Below, in pieces: positions 26,799 through 38,622 of a stretch of 64,000 nt of DNA (positions are counted from its first letter, which is position 1; every line of letters begins with the position of its first letter). A program made the position numbers and the translations under genes. Origin of the DNA: Catajapyx aquilonaris (lineage: Eukaryota); NCBI GenBank assembly GCA_000934665.2, contig KZ538288.1:1-64000 (forward strand). Direction: 5' to 3'. The notes under the pieces were generated by a model. It worked only from the letters and a program-made list of their open reading frames with translations. It made no database searches and had not been told where the DNA came from.

Positions 26799-27242
26799 GA
26801 GTAAGGTTGGCAGACCTGAAGCTCAAATTAGCCTCTAAGAGAGGCTTGGAGCTTGTAAAAGCCACAATAACGTCGGCGCCACATTGCGCTTATTGTGGGC
26901 TGTATCAGCAACACTTACTGCCAGTCTTGTGTTCCCGCAGGCCAACGAACGTTATTGTGACTTTGCCAAGCTCCAAGCCTCTCTTGGAGGCTAAATTGGA
27001 CGGTTATGCAATAATAAGTCAACCCACATGAGAACAGTTCTGATAAAAATGTATTTGAATGTATTTGTGAAAGCGTCATTTTCGGTCATTTATGGCAGAA
27101 GCATGCAGATTGATTTTAACTGAATCAAGTACGACATTTTGGGCATATGTTCCTAGACTTAACTCAATTTTGACATTTTCGGTGGGTTGACACATTATTG
27201 CATAACACCGTCCAATTGAGCTACAGGTCTGCTACCTTACTC
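26799..27242. mobile_element. Fold-back MITE with ~70-bp TIRs; the right TIR is interrupted by the Sola-like MITE
   Basis: gagtaaggttggcagacctgaagctcaaattagcctctaagagaggcttggagcttg pairs with caagctccaagcctctcttggaggctaaatt[insert]gagctacaggtctgctaccttactc. Confidence 0.75.
26998..27213. mobile_element. Second copy of the Sola1-like MITE, in opposite orientation
   Basis: Same TIRs, TSD AATT; the interior is the reverse complement of 4372-4611. Confidence 0.78.
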
Positions 27243-29236
27243 CTTTCGGAGATTTTTCTCGATATCTGAAGTCCAACAAACGTGCTTGTTCAAAACGGGG
27301 ATTCCCGTATTGTGCCCGCTATTATTTCGCTCTGTTTACGACGCAATTAGTTTTTAAAAAACGCCTGAAACCAGATTTAATGACTCGTACCTCAAGCCTT
27401 TTTAAACGGGGGCCTTATACCGCTGACGTATCAGACGGGTCAAGTTTCTCCCTCCTTTAATTAACCTCTTTTGCATAAGTGGCGGGATATTTCCTTGGCC
27501 AATTACGGTCCTCCTTTCATACATTCTTTTTACGACCCAAGCCTTAATCAAAACATGCAGCCATCGAACTTGATTGGCCGAGATTAAAAATGGAGCAAGC
27601 CATATTTTTCCTAACAAGACGGAAGCCGTCAAACGGTGTTTTTTCTTCTTTTTTTACAGGAATATTTCTGTAAAAACCTCCGTGCCCGGATCTGGTTGCT
27701 GGGAGGGGGGGGGGGGTCAGACTTCCGTTTTTGTGTAGCTTGTGTTCAGAGGCAGTCGTTCGTATCACTTCCGGCGTCAGTTCACCCATCCGTATGAAAA
27801 GAGGGCGCTCTTATTGCAAAAAATACCAATCTTCCAGGACAGGGTGGGTCTCGAAGCCTGTGCATATCACAGAAATCAAAATGGGGTTGGAAAAACTATG
27901 AATTTTAGTGCTAAGGCCCGTGAGATTCTGTAGGTTGGAAATACATCGACCCACACAATCATGTAGGTTGGAAATATATGGTTGGTCGATGATTATTTCC
28001 AGGCCTTGAATAAAGCTGTGCTCAGATATTCCTGAATTATTTTTTTGCTTCATTTTTTGAAATATTTAGCAAATGAACACGATAAACATCGAACAACTGT
28101 GACGCTGGCATATCTGGGTTAACATCAGCCAACTTCATAAAAAATTCAATTGTCGCCTGACAACTACGAAGCTTCAGTGTGTTTAATTGGTGCATTCTCC
28201 AACTTCTACACTGACTAAAAGTTGGTAACCGCTGCAATTTTCACAATCCATCCAAAAACGAGGCGGTGTCTCTTCCATTGAAATTCCCTCGGTTTTAGCT
28301 ATAATCTGATATCACGACCTTCCCAGCCTCAACTTTTGCATTCAATGAAGAATTTAGTGGAGCTCAGCAAAACCACTAACAGTTTTTCCCCTGGAAAAGG
28401 TCAAGCGGTGTTCTCTCTCTCACACACACTTGCAACCCGAAGCAGATTATGCCAGACTGGTGGCCCCCACCAAAAATAATTCATTCCAAGCCTGCAAATA
28501 ATTCACACAGCCCAGCTTTCCCATTGTTGCAATGTTATGACGCACCAAAGAAGGTTGAGTCACTACCCGGACTCATTTGTCATAAGAGTCCCCATAGGGG
28601 AATTAATAGCCACGTTTTCTGGTCAAGTGTCGACCCCACAGCCATTGTCGAGAGTCGCATTCATCAACCGTTGGAGGGAAGGGGGACACACACACACACA
28701 CACCGGTTTGCATTTTGCACCCACCACTTCACCGGTTCAAAATCCGGGGGGTCCTATAATCCGTCGGATCCGTGCTTTCATACTATTTTCCAATCGGAAT
28801 ATGTAAATAGGATTTCATAAACATGTTTGGATTAAGGTTGGTGGGGCCCAGAACGTTTTTGGAGTAGGGTACTGAGAGAGCGGACTTGAATTTGAAATGA
28901 CCAGTTATTTTTGTGTTTCGTGTACCTCCAGAGAGGACCAGGAATGATAACACAGGTTGTTCATGCGTTCAAATTATTGTCAAACTAGACGTTGAACAAG
29001 TGGATAAATGTGTCAATCATTTAACACACACACAAAAAAAAATCGTGCGTGCTTGGGTTGACTCTAGGACTGTACAGCCTGTCAAATAATAATTGCCATT
29101 GAATAACACGGGTAATCAACTGTCACACAATCTATCGAATTACAGGATAAAAATAAATACTGCAAACGTGTTACAGTATATGTCAACCCTGGCTTCTATC
29201 AACACTCAGGAATTTTACCACAAATTAAGTCCAATC

Positions 29237-29414
29237 CATTTTAATATCAATTGCACTTCACAGAGCCGGCACTTACAATAGTAAGTGTGCAAAACTTGTA
29301 TCAAAAGTCAAAACCAATTCTTCGGTAATACATATTAATTTTGGATTTGACTCCAGTTTTGCACACTTATTATTGTAAGTGCCGGCTCTGTGAAGTTCAA
29401 TTGATATTAAAATG
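29237..29414. repeat. Fold-back element with ~60-bp near-perfect inverted arms
   Basis: cattttaatatcaattgcacttcacagagccggcacttacaatagtaagtgtgcaaaact ... agttttgcacacttattattgtaagtgccggctctgtgaagttcaattgatattaaaatg. Confidence 0.85.
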
Positions 29415-32400
29415 AATGACACTTATTACTATATGGATGTGAAATTCAAATTTGCATGAATGCAATGATTTTTACATACATTCGTTTGAGAGAGAAAAAA
29501 ATGCCCACTCTTATAGTCATTCGGCAATACAAAATGAAAATTAGGTCAGCACCGAATAGCCAAAAACAGTTCCACGTGTTTAAAAAAACATACTGCCCCA
29601 CAGTGAAAACGTGATTAAATCTCTATTTTTTTTCCCAATTCCAGGTCCCTATTCACAATCACAAAAACTATTCGGCATATTTCCAACTCGTTACAATTCA
29701 TACCACAGTAATAATTAAAGCAATATTGTAAAATTTTCCGTTCGCCAAATCTCAGCATCTGCACCTGACCGCATCTGGCGCTCTAGTCTAGTGCAACCAA
29801 CGTTGCCAATATTCCGGGCATCAACATTTCGCCAAACAGGTGCCCACCTGTAGTTTAGTAGACGACCTTGGTCACCCCCCCCCCCCTTCCATTCTCCCCA
29901 AGCCCTCCCTCAAAAACCACCCGCCCAACCCGCTCTTCAAGCCTGGGTCATCCACCCAACAACTCTGGTTCAAGGCTAAGCTTGCACTTTCAAACGTCGC
30001 ATGTTGCATTTCTTAGAAACCGATTTCTTATGACATCATCAGACGCTATTTTTTCCCCCAGTCATTCAAACAGTACATCTTTAAAATGCGCAATTAAATC
30101 CGAAATTAAAATTAGATCGCGTGGTCACACAACAATGTCGTAATGACACGCATACGTCTGCAGCTTCCGTCGCACACTGAAAACCGATTTTACGTGGCAA
30201 TTTATGGCCCTATAAAATTCCCCCCCCCCCCAAAAATCTCCAACTAATCGACCACTACACACCGACCAAAAAAACCTCCGTCCCCGCAAAGTGGATACGA
30301 CAATGTCATTTTAAAGCCCTGCGCATGATACATGTACGAGTAGAGGGGGTTATGAACCTCGAAATAATAAAAAATCCCAGTTTTAAAAAAAAAATGGCCC
30401 ACAAAATCCAGTATTCCCCAACATGACCGCCTCTTGATTAGAATGTGCTTCCAATACTACGTTTTTAAAAATGTGGACCGTGGGCACACCCGGGAAAAAA
30501 AAACCGAATTCGTCCAGTTTACGCTCGCCATCACACTAAAAATGCGAATAATTGAACCCCATTTTTGAAACATTGATCTATAGGTCGCGGGCAAATTGTA
30601 CGTCCTGTTTGAAGGGGCTATGGGCGGATGGGAAAAGCGGATTTTACTGTCAAGATAAAAATGGTTGAATGGCGACGGTAAATGACGAACGGAATGCTAA
30701 TCGTGTGACGAGACCCGGATTTATATATATCCCCGCCGGGATGTATCACTTTCTCCGAAAGTGGTATTTTCTCTATTGTTATATGAATCTGGACAATACC
30801 AACCATATCCAGAATTATTGAAATGTGTTACTCCACCCTATACATGTTGGATGCTCCCCAAAAAAATATTTACAAATTATACAAATAATAATTCAGGCAT
30901 ATCTGGGTCAATGGTGTCACAAATGGCATATTAGGAAAACAGCTGACACCTTGTTTAGTACAAATCCGGGCCAGGCTTCCGGGTGTCGTTACCCGCTGTC
31001 TTTTTCCATACCTTCCGGGTCTCTCCCCTCACCCCTCCGGGTTTCCATTGAGCAATGACACCTAGGGGCTTTTTCCGGGCTTGCACCCCCTCTGGTCCAA
31101 CCCCTGCGGATAAATGTTCCATTTGCTCCGCATTGATTGCCCGGATAGCTGTAGGAGTCTAGGGCTGGGGACATTATCGTCCCCCGGAAATGAGCAGAGA
31201 GATGTATCAGATACTGAAGAGGGTAGTCCTGCTGGGGGCAGTTTCATAGGGTCGGCCTTGAGATACTGCCCCTATTGTCAGTGAAGGGTATGCAACCCTA
31301 GACATTACTTGAATTGTGGGGTTACATGATGGCCGAAATCACAATGAACAGTGCTGCTGAATTCCTAGGAAAACTTGCTGCCGGAAATTGCAAGCAAAAA
31401 ACAAATGATCAAAGAATGCGACTGAATTTCTGCGAAATCTGTCTATAGCGTGAGTATGATCTCCACTAATTACTTTGCCCTAGCAACCATCTTCGTTGCT
31501 TGGAATGTGATATCTTTGAGTTGAAAAAAAGAGACGAAGAATCCTATAAGCATATGCTACCAATTTCATTTTCCTTCCATCTTCCTTCCGAGAACAATAA
31601 GCATCCACTTGCTCCACTTCTTGGAAAGAATAATTTGAAGAAAAGTAGGGGGGGAAACGCTCAAGCAGACAATAAAATTGAGAAGGAATTGAAAGACGGC
31701 CAGGTAACATGCCAATCAGCAATAATGTTAGGTCTAATTAAACACTTCAGTTTCATAAAATCTGACGTCATAAAAATTTAAGAAAACGCTAATTTTTTTG
31801 ACTATTCCTACCATGGACTTCGTGATGTTTCCATGCAAACCCTTCCTGTGTTCGACTGGATGTGCACACCATTGACCAGCTTTCTCATCATTTGAGCCCC
31901 TGTGTTTTCCAAGGGTTCAAACGGTCACATTTGCTCCACTTACACAACAAACTCCCGAAGCCTCTCCCAGTATTCCCTTTGAACCCGGAGCATCCTGATC
32001 GAAACTACGAAGCCGGGGAAATGATGGCCGCGCAAAGACGCTCAGTTTTAATCAATGCTTATCTAATTCCGGCAGAAATTGTGTTAGCACAGGGCAAGAC
32101 ACCGCACCGGGGAGGCATTTCTGACTATATCCCAACGGCATGCAATTTTTATTATGCCTATGTAGAACCAACAAGTTCTGCATCCCGTTCCACAAACAAA
32201 CAAAAAAACTATAATCACATTTTCAGTGCACTAATTGTCTAGGGAGAGCTAACGCTCTGGTCAAGGTCGCAATTTTTTATGCGTCCGGTCACCAGCTCAT
32301 CCATGAATAATATGGGGAATTTTGGAGGGAGGAACCACGCCCGCGCAAAAAAAAAAATGGCCCGAATATTCCCAAAAACACAAGTCAGCAGGTACGAATT

Positions 32401-32480
32401 ATGGGTTGTCCATAAACAAGCTGAATTTCAACGTTAGAAAAAAAAACAGGCCATGTCACGCACAGTCACTTTGGCCTGGC

Positions 32481-33090
32481 CCTATCCTACCCCCCCCCCA
32501 CCCATTTAAAAATTAAACAGTTCAAACAGCAGTAAGCTTTTCTCTTGCAGACATTTGCCCAAAATTCGCGACTTCCAGGTCCACAATTATCAATATGCTA
32601 AAATTTTCACCCATTATATCCCCACCTCCCTCACCTTTCTATTCGTTTCTGTGAAAAAAATTGTTTAAAATGATCCTAACGCATTTTGGAACCATTATTT
32701 TTGAAGTCGATTTTCAAATCCAAATTTCTCAGGAACTTCTGGGTTTTTTTCATCTATAATATTATGAGGAGCATCTTGCAGTAGGCCTAAGAGTAACCTA
32801 TCCCCCCACCCCAGAGTTTTTTTAAAAATTAAACACTTCAAACAGCATGAACAGCCTCTTTGCAAAAATTGTGCGACTTCCAGGCAAAAAATTCACAATA
32901 GGCTAAAGTTTTCACACATTCTATTCTTTCCCAAATTGTTCGTTTTTTTCGTGTAAAAAATGTTTTAAAATGATCCTAACGCTTTTTGGACCCACTTGAA
33001 GTTAATTTTCAAATCCAAATTTCTCATGAATGTAATCAAAAAAATTAAATTTCACTTTTTCATCTCATTGTGAAGAAGACCTTGCAGTAG
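32481..33090. repeat. Diverged ~300-bp tandem duplication (2 units)
   Basis: Colinear blocks tttaaaaattaaaca, gcgacttccagg, tttaaaatgatcctaacgc, ttttcaaatccaaatttctca and cttgcagtag occur in 32481-32785 and 32797-33090. Confidence 0.8.
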
Positions 33091-34375
33091 CTGGAAGAGA
33101 GATCCTTCAGCATCATGATGCAAGGGCCTCTAATTTCCTACCATCAAGATTTCCCCTCCGGATATCTTAAATAGTTCATAACACTGTGCAAAAAGCAACG
33201 GAATTCATTAATATTTGATGCTGCCTGTACTCTTTTTTTTGTATATTCTAGTTCCCCCCCTTTTCCTGGCGCCTTTTCTTGTTACTTCCGACCTGTCATG
33301 ACTGCGCATGGGAAAAGGGGCTAAGCCGTCAAGCAGTTTCGACGTGGGGGTAGAAGAGGGAAGGTTTCTACCACCTACATTATGTACATATTTAGTAGGT
33401 GTGAGGATGGGGGAGAAGAGGCAAGAGATGGTAACTGCGCAGTGAAACACGTTCTGGACTGGTAGGCTACATTGTAAAGGGTTGGGAACGCTGTAAGTCT
33501 AACAAAACGCGTCTTACGATTCCGTTGGGTTATTGTACGACTTTGGGAGAAGGCTCCAGGAGATCGATTTTGGAGGAAAAGGAGGAGGGGACGCCCTAGC
33601 AAGGCCGCTTCCAAAAGGAAGCTGCAAGATTCCGCCAGACAAATTCTTGAGAATGAAGACCCTGCTGCCTATACAGTATTTTATCTGAGCCCAAGCCAGG
33701 AAAACATGATGGTATATATCACAAAAATTAGTCCAGAACATATAGGTAAAGTTGGAACATCCGGCCAAATTCAGGCATAATTTTTCGCAACTCGCAACAC
33801 TATATTCCGAAATCACAGCACTTTTTGTGAGCATCGGAGACATGAACAGATTGGGCAAAGCCACATTACTTGAGCCTCTCAAGAATTTCGGGCCAATCAC
33901 ACCGGAGCAATTTTTGTCCACTGAAATTTATCCCCGGACAAAAATCCAGGTCGGGGCTGGGTGGTTGCGAAAGGACGACTCCTGAGAGCCGTATAATCTG
34001 GTTGCCGCTGCTACTACCATCCCTGCTGTCGATGCTGTGCATTTCGGAACGGAGTCTGCGCCGTCTTCTCCAAAACGGGCCAACGCCCTATCTTTCCCGG
34101 AGCAAAAACCAACCCCCCCAACCCTCGACTCTTTTCCATGCAATTTCCCTGCTTCTCACACTGCTGACCTGTATCCAACTGACGCATAATCACCGACCCC
34201 CCAAAAAAATATTACAATGAGCTATTGTGGAACAGGGTGTCGATTAATGACAGTGACGTCACAAATTCGGAGGCGATAATTTTTAGGTTCAGCAATCCTT
34301 TGTCCTTGGTTGTGTGTAAGCCACAATGCATGCTGATATGCTGAAATGTGTAAAATCATGGTGTGCCGTACTCAC

Positions 34376-34409
34376 CACATGCACAGGTATTGAATCGGGA
34401 AGTGCTCAC
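34376..34409 (-). other. 34-nt micro-exon or recursive-splicing (RS) exon candidate
   Basis: The minus strand reads ctaac, ag, a T-run and cttctttgcag|GTGAGC...TGCATGTG|gtgagt. This is a branch point, polypyrimidine tract and CAG immediately followed by a 5' splice-site consensus, with a second strong donor 34 nt downstream. Confidence 0.65.
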
Positions 34410-35124
34410 CTGCAAAGAAGAAAAAAAACTGTTAGCATCGTGCCCATTTTCATCAACCAGGCTTCACCCTTTTTTTTTATCAGCTTAGTGTCTAATGAAA
34501 TAACCGGCTGCATTTATGACAACGTGCGCCATAACCAAGTCGATTCAGCTCGTTTTAATACCCACAGAAAAATATCGACCTGCTAAGAAAATCTCATCTT
34601 ATCGCCTTTTTTTCCGTACAGCAAAGTAATGAACTTTTTTTTTAAAGTGTCTATGAAATTGCGCGTTACCTATATCCTATAGATAAATAATATTGACATG
34701 CGGCGAATAATTGGATACACCAAAAGACTGCGATTACGAATTTAATCGCGTTTTCCCAGCACTGGCTGGCCAATTGATTTGCATATACAGGGATCAAATG
34801 CATTACAACGAAGGTCGCTCACTGACCTCAACTCGCACCTGCTGCAGCGTAAAAATCGATCTACGCTTTTTACGTCCAGTTTTACTCCCAGCAACTTGTG
34901 TGCCATCACAGGTATCACGTTACACCGTGTAGGGTCAGGTAACTGACGTTTATTCGACTAGCTCTTGAGCCCGGGAAAAACTGTAGCATGTTATATTCAT
35001 AATTAGGCTTCAAGACTTGGAAGGGATGTTATTCCACCTGGCACTTTTGATCCCAAGGTATTTAGCCCTACCTGGTATCCCCCCAAAAAATCAGGTTATT
35101 TCACCTCATACTCATACAGCATTC

Positions 35125-35515
35125 AGGAAGCCCCCGACTTACGTAAGCCCTATACGTAAGTCGAATTTTCCGTAACTCGGAACATTATGCGACATTCCGA
35201 AATCACAACACTTCTTGTCTTTGGAGCCATAAATTACAATTAGATGGAAACAGATTGGCAAAGCCACAATAACATTCCTCAAGACATTTTTACGTAAATC
35301 CGGATATACGTAAATCGCCGGAGCCATGTACTGTAGCCTAATGTACTTATGCGATATTCCGAAATCACAACACTTTCTGCTAATATAGGCGTCATGGCTT
35401 CCCAAGAAGTTAGTACGATACAGATTGGCAAAGCCACAATAACACTCCTTCAGAAATTTGTACTTAAATGCGGATCTACGTAATACTATAAGTCGAAGCT
35501 ACGTAACTCCTGTAC
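35125..35515. repeat. Two diverged tandem units of a transposon-like repeat; third copy at ~33780-33890
   Basis: The block pair attccgaaatcacaacactt ... acagattggcaaagccacaataac is repeated; the left end caggaagcccccgacttacg resembles a Tigger terminus. Confidence 0.55.
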
Positions 35516-37215
35516 TTCTAGCATCCTTCACCTGCAGGTTAATCGAACCTTGTTCACATGCGCTAGGTCACATTCACATAAAAACCGGGTTGACAGTTAT
35601 TGAATTCGTCTCTCGGATACGACGAAATTCCGTCACCCTCCACCGCACACACACATTTTCTTTTTTTTACACTTTTTTTTACTTGAAAAACGGGGGAGCC
35701 AGATTTACATCGCATCAGACTGTGAGACCATTCGCTCCCCCCACCAAATATTTCACATAATTGCATTTTTCATATTCCCGCGGACTTTCAGTCAAGAGCG
35801 AGACCTTCCTTCTTTTTTTCGATCTGCCAACGTTGTCCGATACAGTAAACGTTTTTAGAGCCTATAAACTCCCGTACAGGAAGGTGGAGGAGGAAGGGGG
35901 AAAAAAATGTGATCCCCCCTTAGTCCACGCCAACCACCTTCAGAAGCAGCCATATTTTCGTTTATGACTCTTCGACACTACGACAGACTGGGCCAGATAA
36001 TTTTTTTTTTACAAGTATGGGTTAATGCTGCTAATAATTTGTCGTAAATCAGCAAAAACGCAGCGAAAATGCAGACGCATTGCGCAAATTTCCGCGAATG
36101 TATTATGCATCCGATTTATTCAGTACAGTACCTTTTAATAAATAGTCGAGCTCGACAATGTTATGTGCTGACAGTCCTGTCTTTCGAAACGAGCTGCACT
36201 GTAAGCCTCTCAGTGTTACATAGCTGACAATTCCTACCCCACAGATGTCTGAACTGTATAAAACTAAGAGCTATGCAGTACAGCATGCATAATAAATTTT
36301 ATTCAAACTTCCAATACAGGGTGATCCAGCACTATGTGAGCCGCAAAGACCATCAGTTGGCACCACCGGTAGGTTCGCTGCATTGACATTTTCCCCGTGA
36401 CTTAATAAGCGAGTGCGCGACATTGCTCCGGCCATGCATTTCCCAGCTACCAGAATCGCAGTCTAATTTCCCTTGTTGCGAAGGAATGAGCTCCGAGTGA
36501 CTTTATGGGTCACGGGCCGTTGCATCCGTAATTGCCGGGGAAGGCCCTCTCTCTCCCCTACCCCCCATATAGCCCACCCCCCAAAACACCTGAATCTCGA
36601 CAACGATAAGTCTTTCTAAATGAGCACGGATTAGACGCGAGTTAAGCGCCTCGACCACTAATCTGAGAAAATATAGGCCCTTTTCGGAAGCTAAACAGGC
36701 GCAGTTTCATTTTGTGCTGCCTCCTGGTTTTGCAAACCCCAAAAACAACCTCCCATTCAGAACCCACAAAAAAGGACCAGCCCAGAAAAAAACAGTGCAG
36801 CGCGTGAACACGAACTTTTTTTCGACCATTATTTTGGTGTAGTGTTCTCCCATTGCTCCATCCTTGTTTACCCATCCTGCAATAATGTTTACACGCGGTT
36901 TCAACACTTAAAAGGGGAATGAAAAGTGTACAGGGTGCAATTTCTTCACTTTTGTCCTCTCTATTCTATAATACGAGCAGCCAGAATTGCCCCAAACTAG
37001 AAAAATACTATATTTTGGGTATTTAGACTCAAAAACGGCAGTTTCCCTAAATCAGCGGCACATGATCCATCAGTTTGCCAATTTTCATTACTCTCAGTAG
37101 TCCGAAAGTGGGTTAGGTAGCCCGGACATACAAACTTTCCCATTTATACTATAAGAGATTGCTGCAATAAACATTTGAAATTCGCAATTTAGTCCTTCAA
37201 ATCGATTACGTAACT

Positions 37216-37389
37216 GAAGGGTCGCCCCGAATAATGTCGTTAGTGACATTGGTTACAATCATCATTCACAACCTGATTCTGGGCGACCCTTCATATTATT
37301 AATTCAACCAGAGACATCTTTCGAGCCTTCAATTATTGATTGATGATTTTAACCAATGTCACTTACAACATTATTCGGGACGACCCTTC
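37216..37389. mobile_element. MITE with ~52-bp TIRs and a 4-bp TSD (Sola-like)
   Basis: AACT|gaagggtcgccccgaataatgtcgttagtgacattggtta ... taaccaatgtcacttacaacattattcgggacgacccttc|AACT, with an extra internal copy of the terminus at ~37277-37292. Confidence 0.75.
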
Positions 37390-38468
37390 AACTAGTAACG
37401 GACTCGTTGCCAAATTTTGGCGAAACTGCTTGGCCCACCCACCTCCATTTGGATGTAGTATATGATAGCCCCCTCCCTCTACACACTACTACCGCTCTCA
37501 GAGGGAAAGTACAGTAGTACTGCATGCACGTTGGTGATAAGTCACCAGGCAAGCCCACCAGGATGCAACAACCAGCACGTGTCTCGCCTCCATTGAAGTA
37601 GGTCCCACCCTCTCTGGCCGCTGTATATGTCATCTAATTGTTGAACAGGGAAAGTGAAAACTATGGCAACTATAGTTAACTACTACCCAGTATAGATTTT
37701 GATTAAAAATTTCCCAGCAATTATACACATGTCGTCTTTATACCACTACACTCATATGTAGCATATACACCTTTGTGCTTCCAGAAGTTCAGCATGTACT
37801 TTCACTTCTGAACCCATAGTTTTAAAACCCATATAAAACTGAACAATGTGGAAGCCGGATAATGTACTTAGCAGGCGGAGAAATTCCATCAAGAGGTTTA
37901 GTAAACTTGAATGCCCAGGCTATTACCAGGTCGACGACCTCGTCACAAGTCCCTCAGACTTGAGTAAATCACACTAAACTCTGTCCCTCCCGTTTTAGGA
38001 ACTGGCATGTTCACGTCAGTGTTCAAAGTTAGTGGGGAGAGGAGGGAGGTTGGTAGGTTGGTAGGTGGAGAGGTTTGGAGGAGGAGGAGGGGGATGGCGT
38101 TAATTTTGTCGGCTAGCACCTTTTCGAGAGGGGGGGAGGGCTTAAGTGACTTTCCACGAAACTCGGGGATGCTGCCGACAGCTTCGCTTTTTTGAACTTT
38201 TTTTAAAAAATTAGCGGGGCATAAAATTACCGTCAGAGTCATTGCGGGGAGCCTAACACCACTCGGCACCTTTTAGCGTCTGTCGGTTGTTGGCAGCTTG
38301 TCAAAAATGGACCCCCCTGTAAAGTGTTATCGGTTTCTCAAGAGATGGCGCAGCATGAGGGCGCCATCTCTGGGAGAGCATGGCACGTGCCCTGACAATC
38401 TATGAATACTGTATCAAAAATTAATCAAGTAACCTTCCCGTACGGTTATGGTCATTTTTCAATAAATT

Positions 38469-38622
38469 ATTAAACTTTTTCTCATCGAAAAAAAAAACAG
38501 TTGGCTCTGTCCGTGAACAGGTAAACCGCAGGGGATAGCGACAAGCGGTTTTCGGATTCGGATTCAGCGTTTCATGATCAACTTATAAGGACCGGCCACT
38601 TACGGTTTTCCGGGTCACCCTT
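38469..38622 (-). mobile_element. Second copy of the HINE-like repeat
   Basis: The reverse complement reads ccggaaaaccgtaagtggccgg...gctgaatccgaatccgaaaaccgcttgtcgctatc...ttcgatgagaaaaagt. Confidence 0.55.
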
